DNA of 64,000 bases from Marsupella aquatica (taxonomy: Eukaryota > Plantae > Marchantiophyta). The first letter of the stretch is position 1, and each line of letters opens with the position of its first letter. The notes beneath the pieces are model-generated. The model was not told where the DNA came from. It did not search any database and saw only the letters and a program-made list of their open reading frames with translations. Shown one piece after another: positions 63,701 to 64,000 of the stretch. The stretch covers positions 15,035,037 to 15,099,036 of the forward strand of contig OZ316891.1 in the NCBI GenBank assembly GCA_973895155.1, written 5' to 3'. A program made the translations under genes and the position numbers.

Positions 63701-64000
63701 GATCAAGCTCTTGCAACAGCCATTTCATGGTCGTACAACCGGATGTCCAACCCAGCATGCTCACAGCCGTCTTCATCATTCATTCATTCTGGCCTGTCCA
63801 TACATCCGACAATTCGGTCCGTCGCATCCATCTGATCAAGGGACGCCGCCATCTGTCGTCCGCGAGCAGACGACGCAACAAATACTAGACACGCCAACCA
63901 ACGAAGGACACGGGAAGATATTTTCCGCCTAGCAAAGATATACATCACATTAGCTCTGCGCGTGTCTCCACATTGATCAAATCAACCACATAATCTAAGG

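Overview
Eukaryotic land-plant nuclear DNA; a non-seed plant such as a liverwort is my inference from protein divergence and repeat style. Four apparently intact host genes: an intron-poor NEAP-like nuclear-envelope coiled-coil protein (3330-4202, -), a 4-exon PIP1 aquaporin (27089-29038, -), a 5-exon At1g08530-like plastid protein (48259-50983, -) and a fibrillin FBN3 with an uninterrupted CDS (61087-61905, +). The 3' end of a probable F-box/kelch-type gene lies at the left edge. The rest is transposon-rich: two related full-length Ty1/copia elements (8266-14021 +, 36554-42292 -) with TSDs, PBS and PPT, a solo LTR, at least six copies of a ~300-bp MITE with CTCGGGGG ends (8-bp TSDs where readable), LINE and SINE-like remnants, foldback elements and decayed pseudogenes. 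The most unusual observation concerns the two copia copies. They differ in U3 and 5'UTR but share an in-frame TGA after gag, a protease lacking the DSG motif, and the same +1 frameshift, which puts an ATG in frame with IN-RT-RNaseH. Parts of RT/RNaseH differ mostly at synonymous sites. This suggests either a non-standard gag/pol expression strategy or a lineage complemented in trans.
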